A DNA stretch of 64,000 nt. Source: Callorhinchus milii (taxonomy: Eukaryota). A program made the position numbers and the translations under genes. Below the pieces are notes generated by a model. It was not told where the DNA came from. It was given only the letters and a program-made list of their open reading frames with translations, and searched no databases. The DNA lies in contig NW_024704743.1 in the NCBI RefSeq assembly GCF_018977255.1, positions 65,474,001 through 65,538,000 of the forward strand. Reading direction: 5' to 3'. Positions 11,464 through 25,747 of this stretch are shown here, one piece after another. The stretch's first letter is position 1; every line of letters starts with the position of its first letter.

Positions 11464-12587
11464 GTAATTTATTTTGAAAATAAACTTGTTTTTTTAAAAA
11501 AAATTAAAAATAGTTAGTTACCATCATTTACTCCTTTATGTTTTGAGTGATTTTTGTTTTTCATTGTGTTAAAAGCTCAAAGCTGGGCTTCTTATGTCGT
11601 TTAAAATGCTGCTTTTGGAATGTTACATGCTACAAAACATGTTACATCTTGCTCTGGACTACAAAGCGTTCAGCTGTGTGTATTCCTAACTTGTTTTCCC
11701 ACTAACTGCCTTGCAGGAAAAGCCTATATCCCACCTAATTAGTAGCACTAAGAAAACTGGTACAATCTTATGTCTCTTGTGAGCAGACAAAAGAGTGAAA
11801 AACCCTTTATATTTCTGCACATAAAATGTTTTTTTTTAAAAAAGGCGCAGGAACATTTGGTAGGGAGGGGACTTTGCAGTTTGTTTTCAAACAAATCTTT
11901 GAAATCTGATTCAATTTGCATTTTAAAAGACATTAAAATTGAACATACTTTTGTTGGTGTTTTGGTGCTAATCTACCATAAAATGATAGTGCCTAAAATA
12001 CTAGTGGCTATGTTAGTCTATCATTTAGTTGAGGTAACTATGTTACCTGTTGCGCAACTTGCATAATCAAAAGTTAATACCTTTTGTAATCTCCTAAATG
12101 AGTGCATTACTCAATGTGCATAATACTTGAGTAGTCACATTGACTGTATTCACTTGTGTGAGGATTGCAAATTTACATGTACTGCAATGTTCCTCTGAGA
12201 AGCTTCAGTTAGTCTTTGGTTCTCTATTGAACTACTTTGTACAGTGATGGTTCACTTTCCAATGTAACCCAGTTGAATTTCATGTCAATGGGTTTAAACC
12301 ACTGGAATTTACTTTTACTGTAGTGACCTCTGACTGAGGTTATCTATGGCACTGTATTGTCAATGATAAGAATTACAATTTTACAGCTAGGATCAAAAGC
12401 ACCAATGAGGAAGGGGGAATTCTGTCTCATTTTCAAGGCTTCCAAGATGCAGTAGTTACTTGTAAATATTCATATATTTGTGGTTGGGTGAGAGTGATTT
12501 ACAGATTACCAAACCCCAACTCATTTATCCCATAACTCCTCCAGAAGAATGTAATACAATATGGTTGAGGCAGAAGCTGATTTCAGA

Positions 12588-12715
12588 CTAAAAAATAAAG
12601 CGGAAAGGGCAGGAAATGAACAGCAGCAAATATCGATCAGTATCTGGAAGACAACGGCGGGTTAACTTCTCAGGTATATCCCTTCATCAGATGTAGATTT
12701 TATTTTAGATTCCCA
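12588..12715. mobile_element. Penelope-like terminal repeat remnant
   Basis: aaa..gcaggaaat..acagcag..cagtatctggaaga..gttaac.tctcagg..cccttcatcaga resembles, from memory, Penelope ends common in shark genomes. Confidence 0.35.
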
Positions 12716-14639
12716 CATTTTTGAAGCAACAACTTGCATTAATCTAGCACCCTGCATGCAGGACAGCGTCTCCGAGCGCAGTCTCTCTTATCATGACCAG
12801 GTTGTTTCAGTTTTATTTGTGATGTGAAAGGTGCTATATAAATTGTATTGTAAAAAGTGGTGGATACATGGGCAGTCTACATTGTGTTCCAAAGCCTCTC
12901 TTTTTGTTCTTTGCTTCCAATGCATTAGATTAGATCGCAATGCAACAGCACAGCCAATTTTTTCTTAAAAAAGAGCAAACTGCACACCGCCATGTTCTGA
13001 CAATTTGGAGACTGACGACTTCCATAGCACCTGAAGCACCACATTCCTTTCTTGTGTCATGTGTGGTCTAGCATTGCTGCAGGGCATCGTTGAGTGACAG
13101 TGCAGGGGTGTTCCATCTGCTTACTGTGAAGTGTCTCTTTTTAAAAGAAAACATATTTTTGCTGTTAGTTTTTCAAGTCTGATGGTCACGTTTTGTAACA
13201 ACCAAATGTTTAAGCGCAGCAGTTTATTGTGGGCTTCTAGTTCAATAATGATCTCTTCTACCATAAAACTAGATAAGATAAACATTCACATGCAGTATTC
13301 AAACATAAACAGAAAATAATCTGACTTAATACTGCACTGATGCTTGTTTTTAGCTATCAGAAGCAAAAGAATAATATGTGTTCTTTTGTGCGAAAAATAC
13401 ATTTGAAAGCCACTGTGGTCTGTACTATATACTTGTTCGTTTGTGCCAAAAAATGTTCAGCCTTGGAAGGAACTGTGTCCTGCACTTTTAACCATAAGAT
13501 TCTTTAACTCAGTAAATTTTCATAGAGCAAGTTGTTAATGTGCACACATTTCTGCCATGGCTCCCTTGAAGCTTATGCTGTTAATAGCAATTTACAAAAG
13601 AATTAAACTGTTTAATATGCAACAGCACATACCATGGAATTAAGCCTATAGAGGATTAATCTGTATAGTACTGTTAACTTGGTTCAAGACATGCAGTGTT
13701 ATAATCACAGTGTATTGTTTTTGTGTTGGCTGTAGTAGATTTGCAGCTCCACTAAATGTAATGTTTTTTTTACTGCCTCAATTTCCACTTAGAAAATACA
13801 GCATTGGAGAAAGCTTTTAAACCCATCAAACTGATACTAGTGTTAGATTCTTCTCCAGAGTTACCCACTATAATCCAAATTCCCTGCTCTGTCCACAGAT
13901 CCTTTCATGTAGTTCAACTAATCAAAATAGCTGAGCGTCCAGTTATCTTTGCTGCCCCAGTTTGCTGTCTGCCTGGTTCCTCCGCTGCTGAAGGTACTAA
14001 CTCATACTCGGGACAATTTCACAGGTGCCAACCAATCACCCAAATCTTCATTTTTCCTGTGTGAGTCTTTAGGCCTTGAGTGAGTGGCAGGATCAGTTGA
14101 GCTCAATATGATGTCCACTGGTTGCTACATTTCAGCACTAGTAGTGGGATTCCTGGACATTCTTTCCTCCTTTACTGATAGCCCTGGGATGCATTGCTTT
14201 GGTGTGAATCCAGGCTATTTAGAGAACATTACTTGAGTGCCACATTATTCATATTTTTGTACTGTACATGTAATCTGTGTGACCTACATTTGCAAATCTA
14301 CAAAAATTAAGATTTTCTCTTGGTCCTGCAAAATGCAAACGGCTTCTGGGAAATGCTTTAAAGCGTAATAAAGTATTTACAGCTGAGTTGGAGCACGGTA
14401 TAGGGAAAAAAACGATGTCATTGCTGTGCCAATGTTTTCCTATCTTTTGTACAATTGCATTGTGAGAAGGTGAGGAAGTTGTGAAAAAAATTCTCTTAAA
14501 GGTAGTTTTATTTCAGTTGGAAGAAGGTTAATCTTAGAAACGGTGTATCTGGAGAGCTCTTTGCTGGAATATTATTTAGCCTGTGTGGATGTTGGGTGAG
14601 GACAGAATGGACTGTGCTGTGTGCCCTCATGACTGAAAT

Positions 14640-15060
14640 CCTTTTCCCATAGCAAAGCATTTTCCCCCTTCAGCTGTTTATCCGATTCCTCTTAAGTATT
14701 GATATGAACTCAAGTTTCTGTATTTTTAGTGAATCATTCTACATTGTAATGCTTCTCTGGATAAAAAGCATTTTTCCAAGCTCCCCTTTTTTCTTTTAGT
14801 AGAAACTTAACTTTTTGTCGTCTTGCAAATTACTTACTGAAATAGACAGTGGAAATAGTCTTTCTCTATTTACAATATCAAAACGACAACTTGCATTTTT
14901 TTGGTTTGGGTTGTGACAAAGCTGTTGTAAACCATTCATAATTTGGAAAATCTCTATAATATCTCCCCTGACCCTCTTCTGTTCCAACGAAAACTCTTGC
15001 AACTTTTCATGTCTCCTTTACAAATGTAACCTCTCATTCCTAGTATCATTATTATTATTG
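14640..15060 (-). mobile_element. CR1-like RT C-terminal fragment
   Basis: FSLEQKRVRGDIIEIFQIMNG..DIVNRERLFPL. Confidence 0.75.
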
Positions 15061-15857
15061 TTATCATCAGGTGGATCTCTGCGGTATCATTTCCACAGCT
15101 GTGACATTTTTTCAAGAGCACCACAGCATATTTCTACATCACTCTGTATGACAAATTCCTCTATAAACACAGACTGTCTGCTTTCTTCCAATGCTTACAG
15201 ACTGTAAAAGCAGAAGAGAACAAATATCAAAAGATCAGAACAGTGGAATTTTAAATCAAGAAATAAGGTTACTTTTCCAGGAAAGGTATCTTTTCATTGC
15301 CTGTTGATGTTAACCTTTTCTGCGGTATAGTTCCAAACGGACCAGCAATGTTCTGACACCTTGTCTATGTGGGTATTTTTGTGTGAACCTAGGCAGTGAG
15401 TATCGGATAACTATTCAACCACGAAGGGCATCACAACCAATCCTGTTCTCAGTGACATCCATTTGGAAGTCAGAGGCTCTGGACAGGAACTAAGAGCAAT
15501 AACCTTGAGATATGACCTTATCTGTTGATATTAACTTCACATTAACTGGAAACTTTCAGTCGATAATAATACCCATTAGGTTTCCTTCTGAATCTATTAA
15601 TGAGCACCCATGTTTATACATGTTTCCTGTTCCAACCTTATGTGTGTCCATATTAGTTAAGCAAATCCATCTGCTTAACTGCTCCCAATCTTCACCTTAT
15701 TCGTCTGGGTGGATAGGGTTGCCTTGGCCATTGTTGATGCCTTGTGGACTTTTGCATTCCTGATCTCTTCACCTTTTCTTGACCTTTCCCAAAGAACTAA
15801 TTGCTCCTCTATCACTCACAGCTTCAGTTTGGGGTTTGACCCAGAACCACAAAAAAA

Positions 15858-15858
15858 N
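15858..15858. other. Single N (ambiguous base or assembly join)
   Basis: An n follows an A7 run, immediately before a CR1 fragment. Confidence 0.9.
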
Positions 15859-15859
15859 G

Positions 15860-16050
15860 TGCATTGAAGATGGACCGATTCTTGAAAGCCACAATGGACT
15901 CTGCCTCTACCACCTTACTTGGCAGTGAATTCATCACTCCTACAACTCTGAAACATTTTTGCCTAAGATCTTCGTTCTCTCTTGTGATTATTTTGTAACT
16001 GTGGCCCCTAGTCATCGACTCCCCTACTTGATTCTGTCTGCAAATCTGCA
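15860..16050 (-). mobile_element. CR1-like fragment
   Basis: TRGHSYKI..RVVGVMNSLPSKVVEAESIVAFK. Confidence 0.75.
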
Positions 16051-16709
16051 TTCTCCCACTTTGTGAATATTAGTGCTCCAATGCTCAGTACTATTGTAGC
16101 AGCATTAGCATCTGTTAAATTATACATAAGGCCTCTATCAAACTGAAGCTACATATACTTGGTTCAGTGTTCAAGCCCTGAGCTTCAGAGGTTGCTACTT
16201 GCCAAATGACTGCAGCATTAAGCACTCCAAAAACCCAGTCTGTTTTTTGTACCTTTTATCACATACAAAAAACATTGAGTTGAAGGCCTCTCAATTATGA
16301 TAAGCAGCATATTTGTGGAGACATTTAGGAGCCACATGATGGGATTCTTTGCTTTAATGGTTATAAACTTGAAAGGCATGGTTGCCTGTTCAATGAAATT
16401 AGTTGCAAAAATGTTTGAACAAGATTAAACATCACTTCTCCTTTGGCATTTGAAGGGAACTGCTGGGGAGACCGACCAGGCTGATGTTCCACATACGTTA
16501 CAGTTCATGATCACAAATTCACCAGGCAGAAATTGCAGAACAGAATCTGGAGATACTGGCCAGTTGTCACTTCATTGAAAGGAACTGAGCAAAAAGTTGT
16601 GATAATGGCAAATAGAGGTAGTAATACCGTTTTCAATTGTTCTTGCTCATGATAGACATAAATTGCAGAACAGATTCTGGTAATGGCATTTAGAAATTGT
16701 AAAATAATG

Positions 16710-17210
16710 ATCCTTACATTTGTTTTTGCACCTTATCATGTCAGAACGTCTCAAAGTGCTTCACCGGATCTACAACAAAGTTGGGTGTCAGTCTGGTTAG
16801 GTTTGTTGCACTCTCATCTCTGAATCAAAAGGCTGTGGGTTCAAGCCCCAAGTCGAGACTTTGAAGTCAGTCTAGGCTAACACACATTGTAGCAGAGAAG
16901 GGAGTTTCTTAAGGCTGCTCATGATGCCCAGCCACCTTGGGATGTTATCCCAACTTGAAAGGCACTATGCAAATGTAATTTTGTTGTTGTTGTTTGCAAG
17001 ACACAACACATATTCACTACAATCTATTTAATGTCCAACAGATCAGGCATACGGGTCCTTGGTTTAATGTCTCATCTGAAAGTTGGAACCTCAGATGATC
17101 CAGGACACCCTCAGCATTGCATTGCGGTGTTAGCCTAGACTTTGAGTTCAAAGTCCCAACGTGGGGCTTGTATCCACAACCTTCCAACTCTCAGCAGTGC
17201 TGACACTAAC
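16710..17210. mobile_element. Older DeuSINE (-) split by an internally deleted copy (+)
   Basis: - tail at ~16710-16780, + head and tail at ~16785-16995, - body and head at ~17020-17210. Confidence 0.65.
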
Positions 17211-17784
17211 TTCATTATTGTTGACTGCTGAGCAAAAAGGTGTGCAGAGGTAAAGGAAAAAGTAATACAGTGTTGTAAGTGAATAATTTAATAATAAATT
17301 TGTATTTTTAGTTGGGGAAAGACTTATCTTCTCATCTCTTCCTCAGTAGATTTTTCCAAATTACCTCATCGTTCACCTCTTCATGTTTATCCTAGTTAAA
17401 ATGTTTACTATATCTAATCTATGTAAAGACCATTATGTCAGATGCTTTTTTTAAACAAAGGAAGGTTGTGCTCACCGAATTCCACCCCTACACACACATT
17501 AATCTCCTTGCCCACCATTGAATGTTCGTGTTCTAATAAGGCAGTGTTTTAAATATATACAGTGGTAGGAGGTGAGTTTACATTCACAATTTCCTCTCAT
17601 TACAAGGTCCCGACCTCAGCTCTGCTAAATAGTGAGGATGCCACCCAGTTTGCTGCAGCTTATAGCAAGCCCCAAATCTCCCCAGTCTGTTTATCATAAA
17701 CCAGAATGGACTGGTGGGTGGGGGAGAAAAAAAACATTGGCATAGTGAGCTGAAGCTGGCTTTAGCCTTATATTAAAAAAAAAC

Positions 17785-17940
17785 TACATTTGATATTGCT
17801 TCTTCACAGGGTATCTTGTAAACTGTAGTGACTGTGTATTTTGTAGCTGAACGCTGCAGCAAATTTGCAAGCAGTGGTCTACAAACAGCCATGAAGTGAA
17901 TAACCAATTGCATTTGAGGAATTCTTAGCCAGGACACCAT
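17785..17940 (-). mobile_element. Older DeuSINE fragment
   Basis: acaaacagccatgaagtgaataaccaatt..ccaggacacc matches the other copies. Confidence 0.6.
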
Positions 17941-18211
17941 TGTCTTAAAATATTGTAATGCAAAATTTTGGGAAAATCTTAAGTCTTAAATGGCAACTTT
18001 TTTTTGTTCTGGGCCATCGCCGTTGAGGAACTCAACAGACACTGGCTAGGCGGTCATTCACAAGGCAACAGAGAGAAACCTTGTCCTCATAGTTTGGGCT
18101 GCTTTCAAACCCAGTGCCTGGAGATAATATAGGGTGTGCTACCTCAATATCTTTTGTCCTATTTAATATCATTGATTGGTTGAGTTTCTTCTGAAACTGG
18201 CTGTCATGTTT

Positions 18212-18436
18212 CTCCCACAAAATACACAGTCAATCCACTTTACAGTATTTTCTGTGAAGCACTTTGAGTCATCTCAACAACATGAGAATAATAATCCTTG
18301 CATTTGATATATCACGCCTTATCACGTCTTCGAGACATCTCAAGTGCTTCATAGATATACTGTAAGTGAATTGACTGTATATTTTGTGGGAGAACCTATA
18401 TGGCTGTATCAAATGTAAGGATTATTATTATTATTA
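18212..18436. mobile_element. Sense SINE tail interrupted by an antisense SINE tail
   Basis: + tail at ~18212-18283, - tail at ~18286-18394, then the rest of the + tail (gctgtatcaaatgtaaggattattatt) at ~18402-18436. Confidence 0.8.
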
Positions 18437-19359
18437 ATAAAATGTAACAGGCCATTAGTAAATGAGCCAGTCAGGTTACTCAATCCAAAGAGATTACTGG
18501 TATGGACCTTTGATGAGCGCCAGACGAACCTGGGATTACTGTGTTCACCCACTACTCAATCTCCCTGACTGGGTGAAAAGTTAAGTGTTTAGGTAAAATA
18601 AATTGGGTAGTTCTACAGAACCCATTATCCTTAAACTGTGCTTCAAGGTGAGTAGTGTGCCGGTGCCAGTGTCAGCACTGTGCATTGTTCATTATGTCAG
18701 CTTTATGAAGGCAGGAAGGAATCCAGATGATACTGTTTAAAATATTTTAAATTGCTGTGTCTGGCTCTGACCCCATGCCTCGCTGAGTTTATGTTTCTCC
18801 ACATTCTGCTCAGTTGCAGGAGGTCTGAAGTGCTACATAAGTCATTTTCTCATTTAATTTTGAGCCCCAGTTGGTGGTCAAGATTGGCACTGTGCTGGCT
18901 TTTATATAGCTTTTAGGCTGCTTGAGGTTTCCCTGTTAACTTGTGGAGAAAATGTTCCATTCTGCTTCACTTTGGATACTAGGTTACAGCTAAATAATGT
19001 GGAGAATTACAAGCTAATCTGATGATATATGCAGCAATCTTGGTTTGGAATGTTCTATTCTTGTCTGAATTGTGTAATTAAACCCAATTTGCTGCTGTTA
19101 AATGGACTTCTGATCTGCCTATTGTTCTGGGACGACAAAGGGGATGGTATGTTCAAGAAGCTTCAAAACTTTGGTTATGATTTTACTTCAAATGCTATGT
19201 TTCTACTAGTGGAGAAGCCACTTAGCTGCCGGCAGTAGAGGGATTAAGAAGCGGAAAGCCGGGTTTATACTGCCGACTTCATAACTTTTGTTCTTCTCCT
19301 GCAGTTCCCCCCCCCCCCCCCCCACCCCAACTTCCCCACACACACACCTCATCAAATGG

Positions 19360-19625
19360 CCTCAAATCTGTGAGCCTGGATAGAGAGTGTTGGCAGGCTG
19401 TTTGACAGTGAAGGTCATCATAACCGAGCCCTGTCCCATCCTGACCCGACATCCACAAGTGCACGTCTCCCGGTCGGTCTCTTTGGAATGTGGTCAGTAG
19501 TGGGAACCCTGGCTGATTTTCTACTCCCAAATTCAGGAATTCCGAAGCCATTTGTAACACCTCAGCTATCGAGATCAGTGATATCCTGACTTTCCATTCT
19601 ACATGACCTAGTGCTGTACCAGATG
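19360..19625 (-). mobile_element. Copy of the third SINE-like family
   Basis: tgtgagcctggatagagagtgttggcaggctg..tcctgacccgacatccaca..gggaaccctggctgatttt. Confidence 0.6.
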
Positions 19626-19671
19626 GTGCCGTTGTTGGTTCAGTTATTATTGTTCTTAGTACTAATAATAA

Positions 19672-20068
19672 AAATAATAGTCCTTACATTTGGTATAGTG
19701 CCTTTCACATTAAAAGGATGTCCAAAGCGATTCACAGGAAATACTGTATGTTTTGTGGACCAACATGGCAACTAATTTGTGTACAACAATGTCCCACAAA
19801 CATCGATGAAGTGAATGATCAATTTTATTTGGGGGATTGTTGGCCAGCACACCGGGACTAATTCCCTACTCTTTTTTTGAATTGTGCCATGGGATCTTCA
19901 ATGTCCACCTGAATAGGCAGGGGCCTCGCTTTAACATCTCATCTGAAGGACAGAACCTCCAACAATGCAGCATTGTCTTGGGGTGTCTGCTTAGACAATA
20001 TGTCCTGACTTGGGGCTTGAACCCACATCCTTCTGACTCAGAGCCGAGAGTGCTACCAACTGAGGCAT
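19672..20068 (-). mobile_element. Older long DeuSINE, near full length
   Basis: Tail, core, body and head (ccttctgactcagagccgagagtgctaccaactgag) are all present. Confidence 0.85.
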
Positions 20069-20984
20069 GATGATGCATTTGCCTCTGGATCAGAAGATTG
20101 TGCTATATTGGTATAAAGCTCTGAGATATATCCACGTGTAGCATGCTTTATGCAGTGAACTCCTAATAATAAAACAATGGCTTATGTCGAGCATGGCTTA
20201 TATCACCTTGCTATCAATTCCTGGCTGTTTCTCATGCAAAATGTGAATAAGGGACCTTCCCCCTTTATTTCGTCACTCTGCTTATAATGTATAAAGTTGC
20301 ATTCTACACATCCCCGATAGTAAAATATTGAACAGATCATCAAAGTGAACTTACCTTTACCGCAAGAAAATGTCACCAAGATACCCAACCAGCCATGCCG
20401 TGTGTCAGTCCCGAAACTAACTCTCGCGGTGAGCAGCCTAGTGGAGGAAAACATGAAAATGAAAACAATGGAGAATTGTAATTGTAAGCTGGTGTTCATT
20501 TCTGAAGGTGGGGTAGACCTCAGAAAGTTAAACTAACTTAGTCCAAAGAGCTATCCGCAGAAATGTCATTCGTATGCATCTGGAAAAGTGAGAGAAAATC
20601 CCTTTATAATACAGGACTTCTGATTCTGCTGTCAGCTGCATGGAATGTGTTATAAACCCTTCAAAGGAAGTGACAGGAAATCTAAATCAGTGACAAACAT
20701 AATGCAAAATGTCTAATGTTAAATATTCATTGCATGTGTCCTGCCTATTTCGCTGGTACTTGACAACCAGGTGTGGCATCGAAACTGCACACTGTGTGCT
20801 AGTGTAAGATCTCCTGGCCACAGTGCCCTAGTTGCCCTCGAGTTACTCCAGATATAGGGAAACTGAGTTCTTTTTCCTTGGAACGATGATATATCAGGAG
20901 GTTACTGTAAATGCAAGTTGTTGTGGCTTTTACTGTTGATTTGAGCCCATACTTTTGTCTAATAATCCATTGTTAAGATCTCAA

Positions 20985-21268
20985 TATTGTTGGAGATGCA
21001 GTCTTTCACATGAGACATTAAACTGAGGCTCCACCTAACTGTTGAGGTGGCTGTTAAAGACACCATGACCCTATTGGAAAGAGAAGGGAGTTTCTTCCTT
21101 TGACGTGGCCAATAATCCTCCAGATACATCGATCATTCACTTTATAATTTTTTATGAGATTTTGCTGTGCTGCTGTTTGCCTACACAAAGTCACTACACT
21201 TGACAATACTTACTATAAAGCCGATGAGACCTTCCAATCAATAAGGCTCTATAAAAATGCAAGTTCTT
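20985..21268 (+). mobile_element. Older DeuSINE, 5'-truncated
   Basis: catgagacattaaactgagg...agggagttt...aaatgcaagttc. Confidence 0.65.
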
Positions 21269-24200
21269 TCACTTTCTTTTCTCAGAAGGCCTTTGGGGCA
21301 TTACAACATTAGTCTAATCGGACCAGAATAAACATTTGTTTGGTATTTATGTAATGTGTATGTGACACACAAAATTGGATACACTGTTAATAACATGGGC
21401 TGATCAGCAATAACATGGATACTAGGGAGATCAAGTCAAGGATTTCACCAGCTAGTTTTGTCATTTTGATCTTCGTGTCTTCTCTTGGTAGAGAACATAC
21501 TACCATCTTCCTTGTTTACATCCTTGACTGTCCAGCGCTTTGGCACATCCTCCTGATGTGAAAAACTCTATACAAATGTAATTTGTTGTTGTAGTATATA
21601 TAATATTTGGCTATATTGCACCTTTTTAAATTCTATACATGTATGGCCAGTGTGCTAAATCCCCAATCCACTGATCGAATGCTGCTGTTCGAATTCACAG
21701 TTCAAGTGTGCTTCCTTTGTCAAGCTCTTCTTAGAATGGCATGCAAACTGAAAAACATGTGAACTTCAGTTCACAGTCTCTGATGAATGCTGAAAAGTTT
21801 CTTCATGCACAGACAAGACAGAAGAGAGTGAATTTGGTAAATTGATGTCATGCACCAAAAACTTTCTCCACTGGGTATGAGTTAACATTGATCTTAAAAC
21901 TCCTAACTTTTGTCATTTGAACAAACAAAGCTCAATGGTCTTTTGTCAAAATGGTGTTGGAACAAAATATTCAGTTATAATGGAGAAAGTCTTGAAGCTA
22001 ATAGGGTATTATAGTAAGTAGGAAATGAAGTTGGCAATGTATCACTGAGATAGCGAGAGGGCAGTGCCTTCTGGCATGTTTCTAAACAGTCAAGTTTGAT
22101 GTTTACCTTCATTCAGTTTTGGTTAGAAGAGAACTATTACTGGAAGGGAACGATTTCAGCTGAAGTCTTTTGGATTCTTTTACATCTGCAGGTCTGCTTG
22201 TTAGAGCTTGTAACTTTGGTCACTATTCCTGTCATCCATTTAAGATAAGAAAATAACTCAAAGCCGACATGTGGTTTAGTAATTGGAAAAAATGTTCCTT
22301 CATGCCCAGATGAAAGAATCGCCATCAGAATTGGTGCGTGGGTTTGTCCTCGATAAGCCATTCTGTGAAATGATGAGCAGAAGGACCATTTCAGAAGACT
22401 CGGGGAACTTGAATCAGATCCTGATCTGATCAAAGATAAACTGTGCCCTTAAAATAGTGAGGTTAATGGAAGATTTGCTTCAATTTTTGCTTGAAGTGTC
22501 ACTGGCTGCATTAGCTCTTAATCAGATGAAGCTTGGATCTGGTCTGTACAAGCAGAGAAGACAGATTAAAAAGGTGTGTTGGGCAGAAACCAATATAGCA
22601 AGGCCTCAAAGTATGTGATGTGACTAATCTAAGTGCATGCATCATCTGTATATGCAGTTAAGCTGCAGTCATTGTTTTTAAACTTGTCTGCTAAAACTAG
22701 GGAGGAAACCAAAGTGGTTTAATAGTTCACTTCCAAGTGTTTGGGACCTAAAGTAACAGATCCAGCACAGTGAATAGGACTGTAATTAGTGAGTCACAGT
22801 GCAAATGTGGTGATTTTGGTGCATAAAATTCGACCCTGCGTTATAATCGGTTCACAAAAAGAGCCCACCCGTCCCACTTGCAGGTCGTTGCTGATGTAAT
22901 CGCACTCTCTCATGCTCCATCACCACACCTTTTATATTTGTCAACAAGACACACAGCCACTACACCGCACACAAAATCTTGGGAAGTTTTTTGAGACAGC
23001 ATGCGGAAGAGAAAGGCACTATATGAAATGCAAGGATTATTTTTATTTTGAGAGTTCATCTAATTCCCAGTTTAAAAGGACTCGACTTCAACAAAGGAAT
23101 AAAAGGAGAACCCAAACTTGTGATCTCTGTTGCTGACGTGGATTTGTACAGTCTGGCCCAGGCTGGCTGACCTGTGGAACGATTGAATATGAAGGGTTCT
23201 GTACTATACATCGACAGGGCAGTCGGATTAAATGGGCCAAAGGACCTTATTCAGTGTTCAGAAACACACCTTAGTTTATTAAACCTGGACTAATATTTCC
23301 TCCATATAAGCCAATCGCTTCCCTGCTCACTCAATATACCTCTATTATTCCTCAGTGTGAAGAGATGATCCATAGATCAATGATCTGAACTGTCAGCTAT
23401 TGATTTTTAAATGTAGTAAAAATAGAGTACAGTGAACACTGTTAAACTATTAAAATATTTCACTTTCCAAATTGTTGAAATAGCAGGACAGTGGGATTAG
23501 AACTGGTAATTCCAATAGAGAGTCAGCATCAGCACAGATACAGGGGCCAAACAGTTTCCCATGCTGTAACCATTCTACGATGCAATGAATACAGTAAAAA
23601 CTGGAGAAAATAAAGCACGTAAATTCATAACCCCCTTTTAAAGGTCCCTTGTCCTGGAGTTATGCCGACCTGCCTTTTGCCTGCACTATAAACGTAACAG
23701 CGCATTGCAGAGAAAGTGACATCACTGGTCATGCCTGCTTCTCAAGTCTCTAAACCTTATTAAAGTGGTATGATATCTGCATGAGAACTATTAATTAATT
23801 TAGCATGGAGCAGATGTTGCATCTGCTGTAGCGCCAGTTCTGCGGGTGCTTCTATGGCAACTCTGAATCCAGTTTGCCAGACCAAGCAATATTTCTGAAA
23901 TCTCTCTGGAGACTTTCCTGAAATCTTTCCACAACAATATTGCACTCATTTTAATGTGGCCAGCAATTGTCAGAGTTGTTCTGAACAATGTGTTTTCACT
24001 TAACCATGTACTGAGGGATTAAGCAAAGTTACTTATGTATATTGTGTTCTGTATGGAGAAGATTATAAAATCAAAGTATTTCCTCCCCTGCTGCCTACTT
24101 TGCTATATTGAGCTGAAGTACTGGAATTCCTGAGATAGCATTGCTATTGAATGACTAAGTTTATGTAACCACTTTGAAAATAAACAGCTCAGTTTAATAT

Positions 24201-25452
24201 TAAAATTCACACATGCTCTTTACAGAATAAATATGTTATATAATGCTGACATTCTTATTTTTCTGACGACAGTGATTCCAGATTAATATCAGCACAACTC
24301 ATTCACATAACCCTGTACCGAACACTGTTGCTGATTGGCGTCAACCTTTGACTCTAGTTCACTGTGCAAGTGTAGAAAAACCATAGTGTATTTTTTGGGG
24401 GCATTCAGTGTATACAAAGTACTTTTCCCTTCAACAAAAAAACTTTGAGGAACTGGCAACAAAGTCAATTTTTAGTCCTGACGATGCTTTGGATATTGTT
24501 CAGCTGAGGTTTGAACACCTGCTTTTTGCTGACGTCCCCATTTTCACACGGTATAGAAGCAGTTCAGCTGTAGCTGTTGACCTCAGTTGACGCTGTGAAT
24601 GTACAATTGAGTGGTAGTTGAAATTAATGTGACTCTGTTCAGCGCTGTTGAACAAGCTAGATCATCACTAAGCCACAACATCTGTATCATATTGTAGCAA
24701 CTAGTCTCCGGTGAAGGAATTTATCTGGTCACATGGAGCCATAGAAAGCTACAGTATAATTCAAGGATCAAGCATCAAGGAGCTTTGAAGTGTTGCAAAT
24801 ATGATGTTCTACATATGCTAGTTCAAGCAAGTGTGGGAGAAATTTCTCATGAATTGAAAGATTCAGTGCATTTGGATCTTGTGCAGCAAAACACCAACAG
24901 CAATTTAGATTTGTATAGCATCTTTCACATCGTGAAGACGTCCCAAGGGTTGAATCCCAAGCACCTAATGAGGAAAGAGAATTTGCATTTTTATACTGTT
25001 GTTGGCTCAGTACTAAGTCCCTAAGATGCATGATTTTTTTAAAAAATGAAATAATACCAAGATAAAATAAACTTGCAATGAGTGCTGTGTAGTTTATTAT
25101 TGATTTATTACTGTGCTTTGTAAACACAAGGAAAGATACTCATGTTTAAGGCAAAAAGATACGTGTATTTAATTTTTCAACATTCAGGCAGTGTGACGCT
25201 GGCCTACAAATGCAGAGTGGGAGAGGTTATTTAAAGAAGTCAGAAAGCGTGAAGAACACTCTGAAGTCTTTCCCGGACTTCAGTAATAAACAAATCCTGT
25301 TCTGAGTGCAAGGGCATTTGATACAAGCCAATACTTGTGACTGTAAGCTGTGGATGAATGCCCTGGAATTGGAAGAAAATGTGTGCTATTTCTTGATGTT
25401 TGTGAAATATCAGAAAATGTTAATTGCTAGTCTTCAAAGCTGATTTATTTTT

Positions 25453-25747
25453 TAATAATAATAATATTCCTTGCACTTGATATAGCGCTTTATGCATTGT
25501 CATAAAGCACTTCACAGAATATACTGTAAAGTGAATTGACTGTACATTTATGAGCAAAACATGGCAGCCACAAAGGCAGTGTCCCACAAACAGTTGTGGA
25601 TTGACTGACCAAATTATTATTGTTTTTTTTCTTGAGGGACTATGATCAGGTATGTGGAGTAAGGAAACTTACCCAAGGTTTCGCCCTGCTGGTAATTGAA
25701 CACTCGCTTGCGAGGTGAGTGCTCTAACCACTGAGCTACAGGACTAC
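25453..25747 (-). mobile_element. Same SINE family, more diverged full-length copy
   Basis: Head, core and tail align by eye to the 29185 copy. Small deletion in the head; CTCGCAA anticodon loop. Confidence 0.88.

Noticed and set aside
19307..19345. C-runs and G-rich tracts with G4 potential (also ~9540 and ~43500)
   Set aside because: They are simple low-complexity runs with no supporting context.
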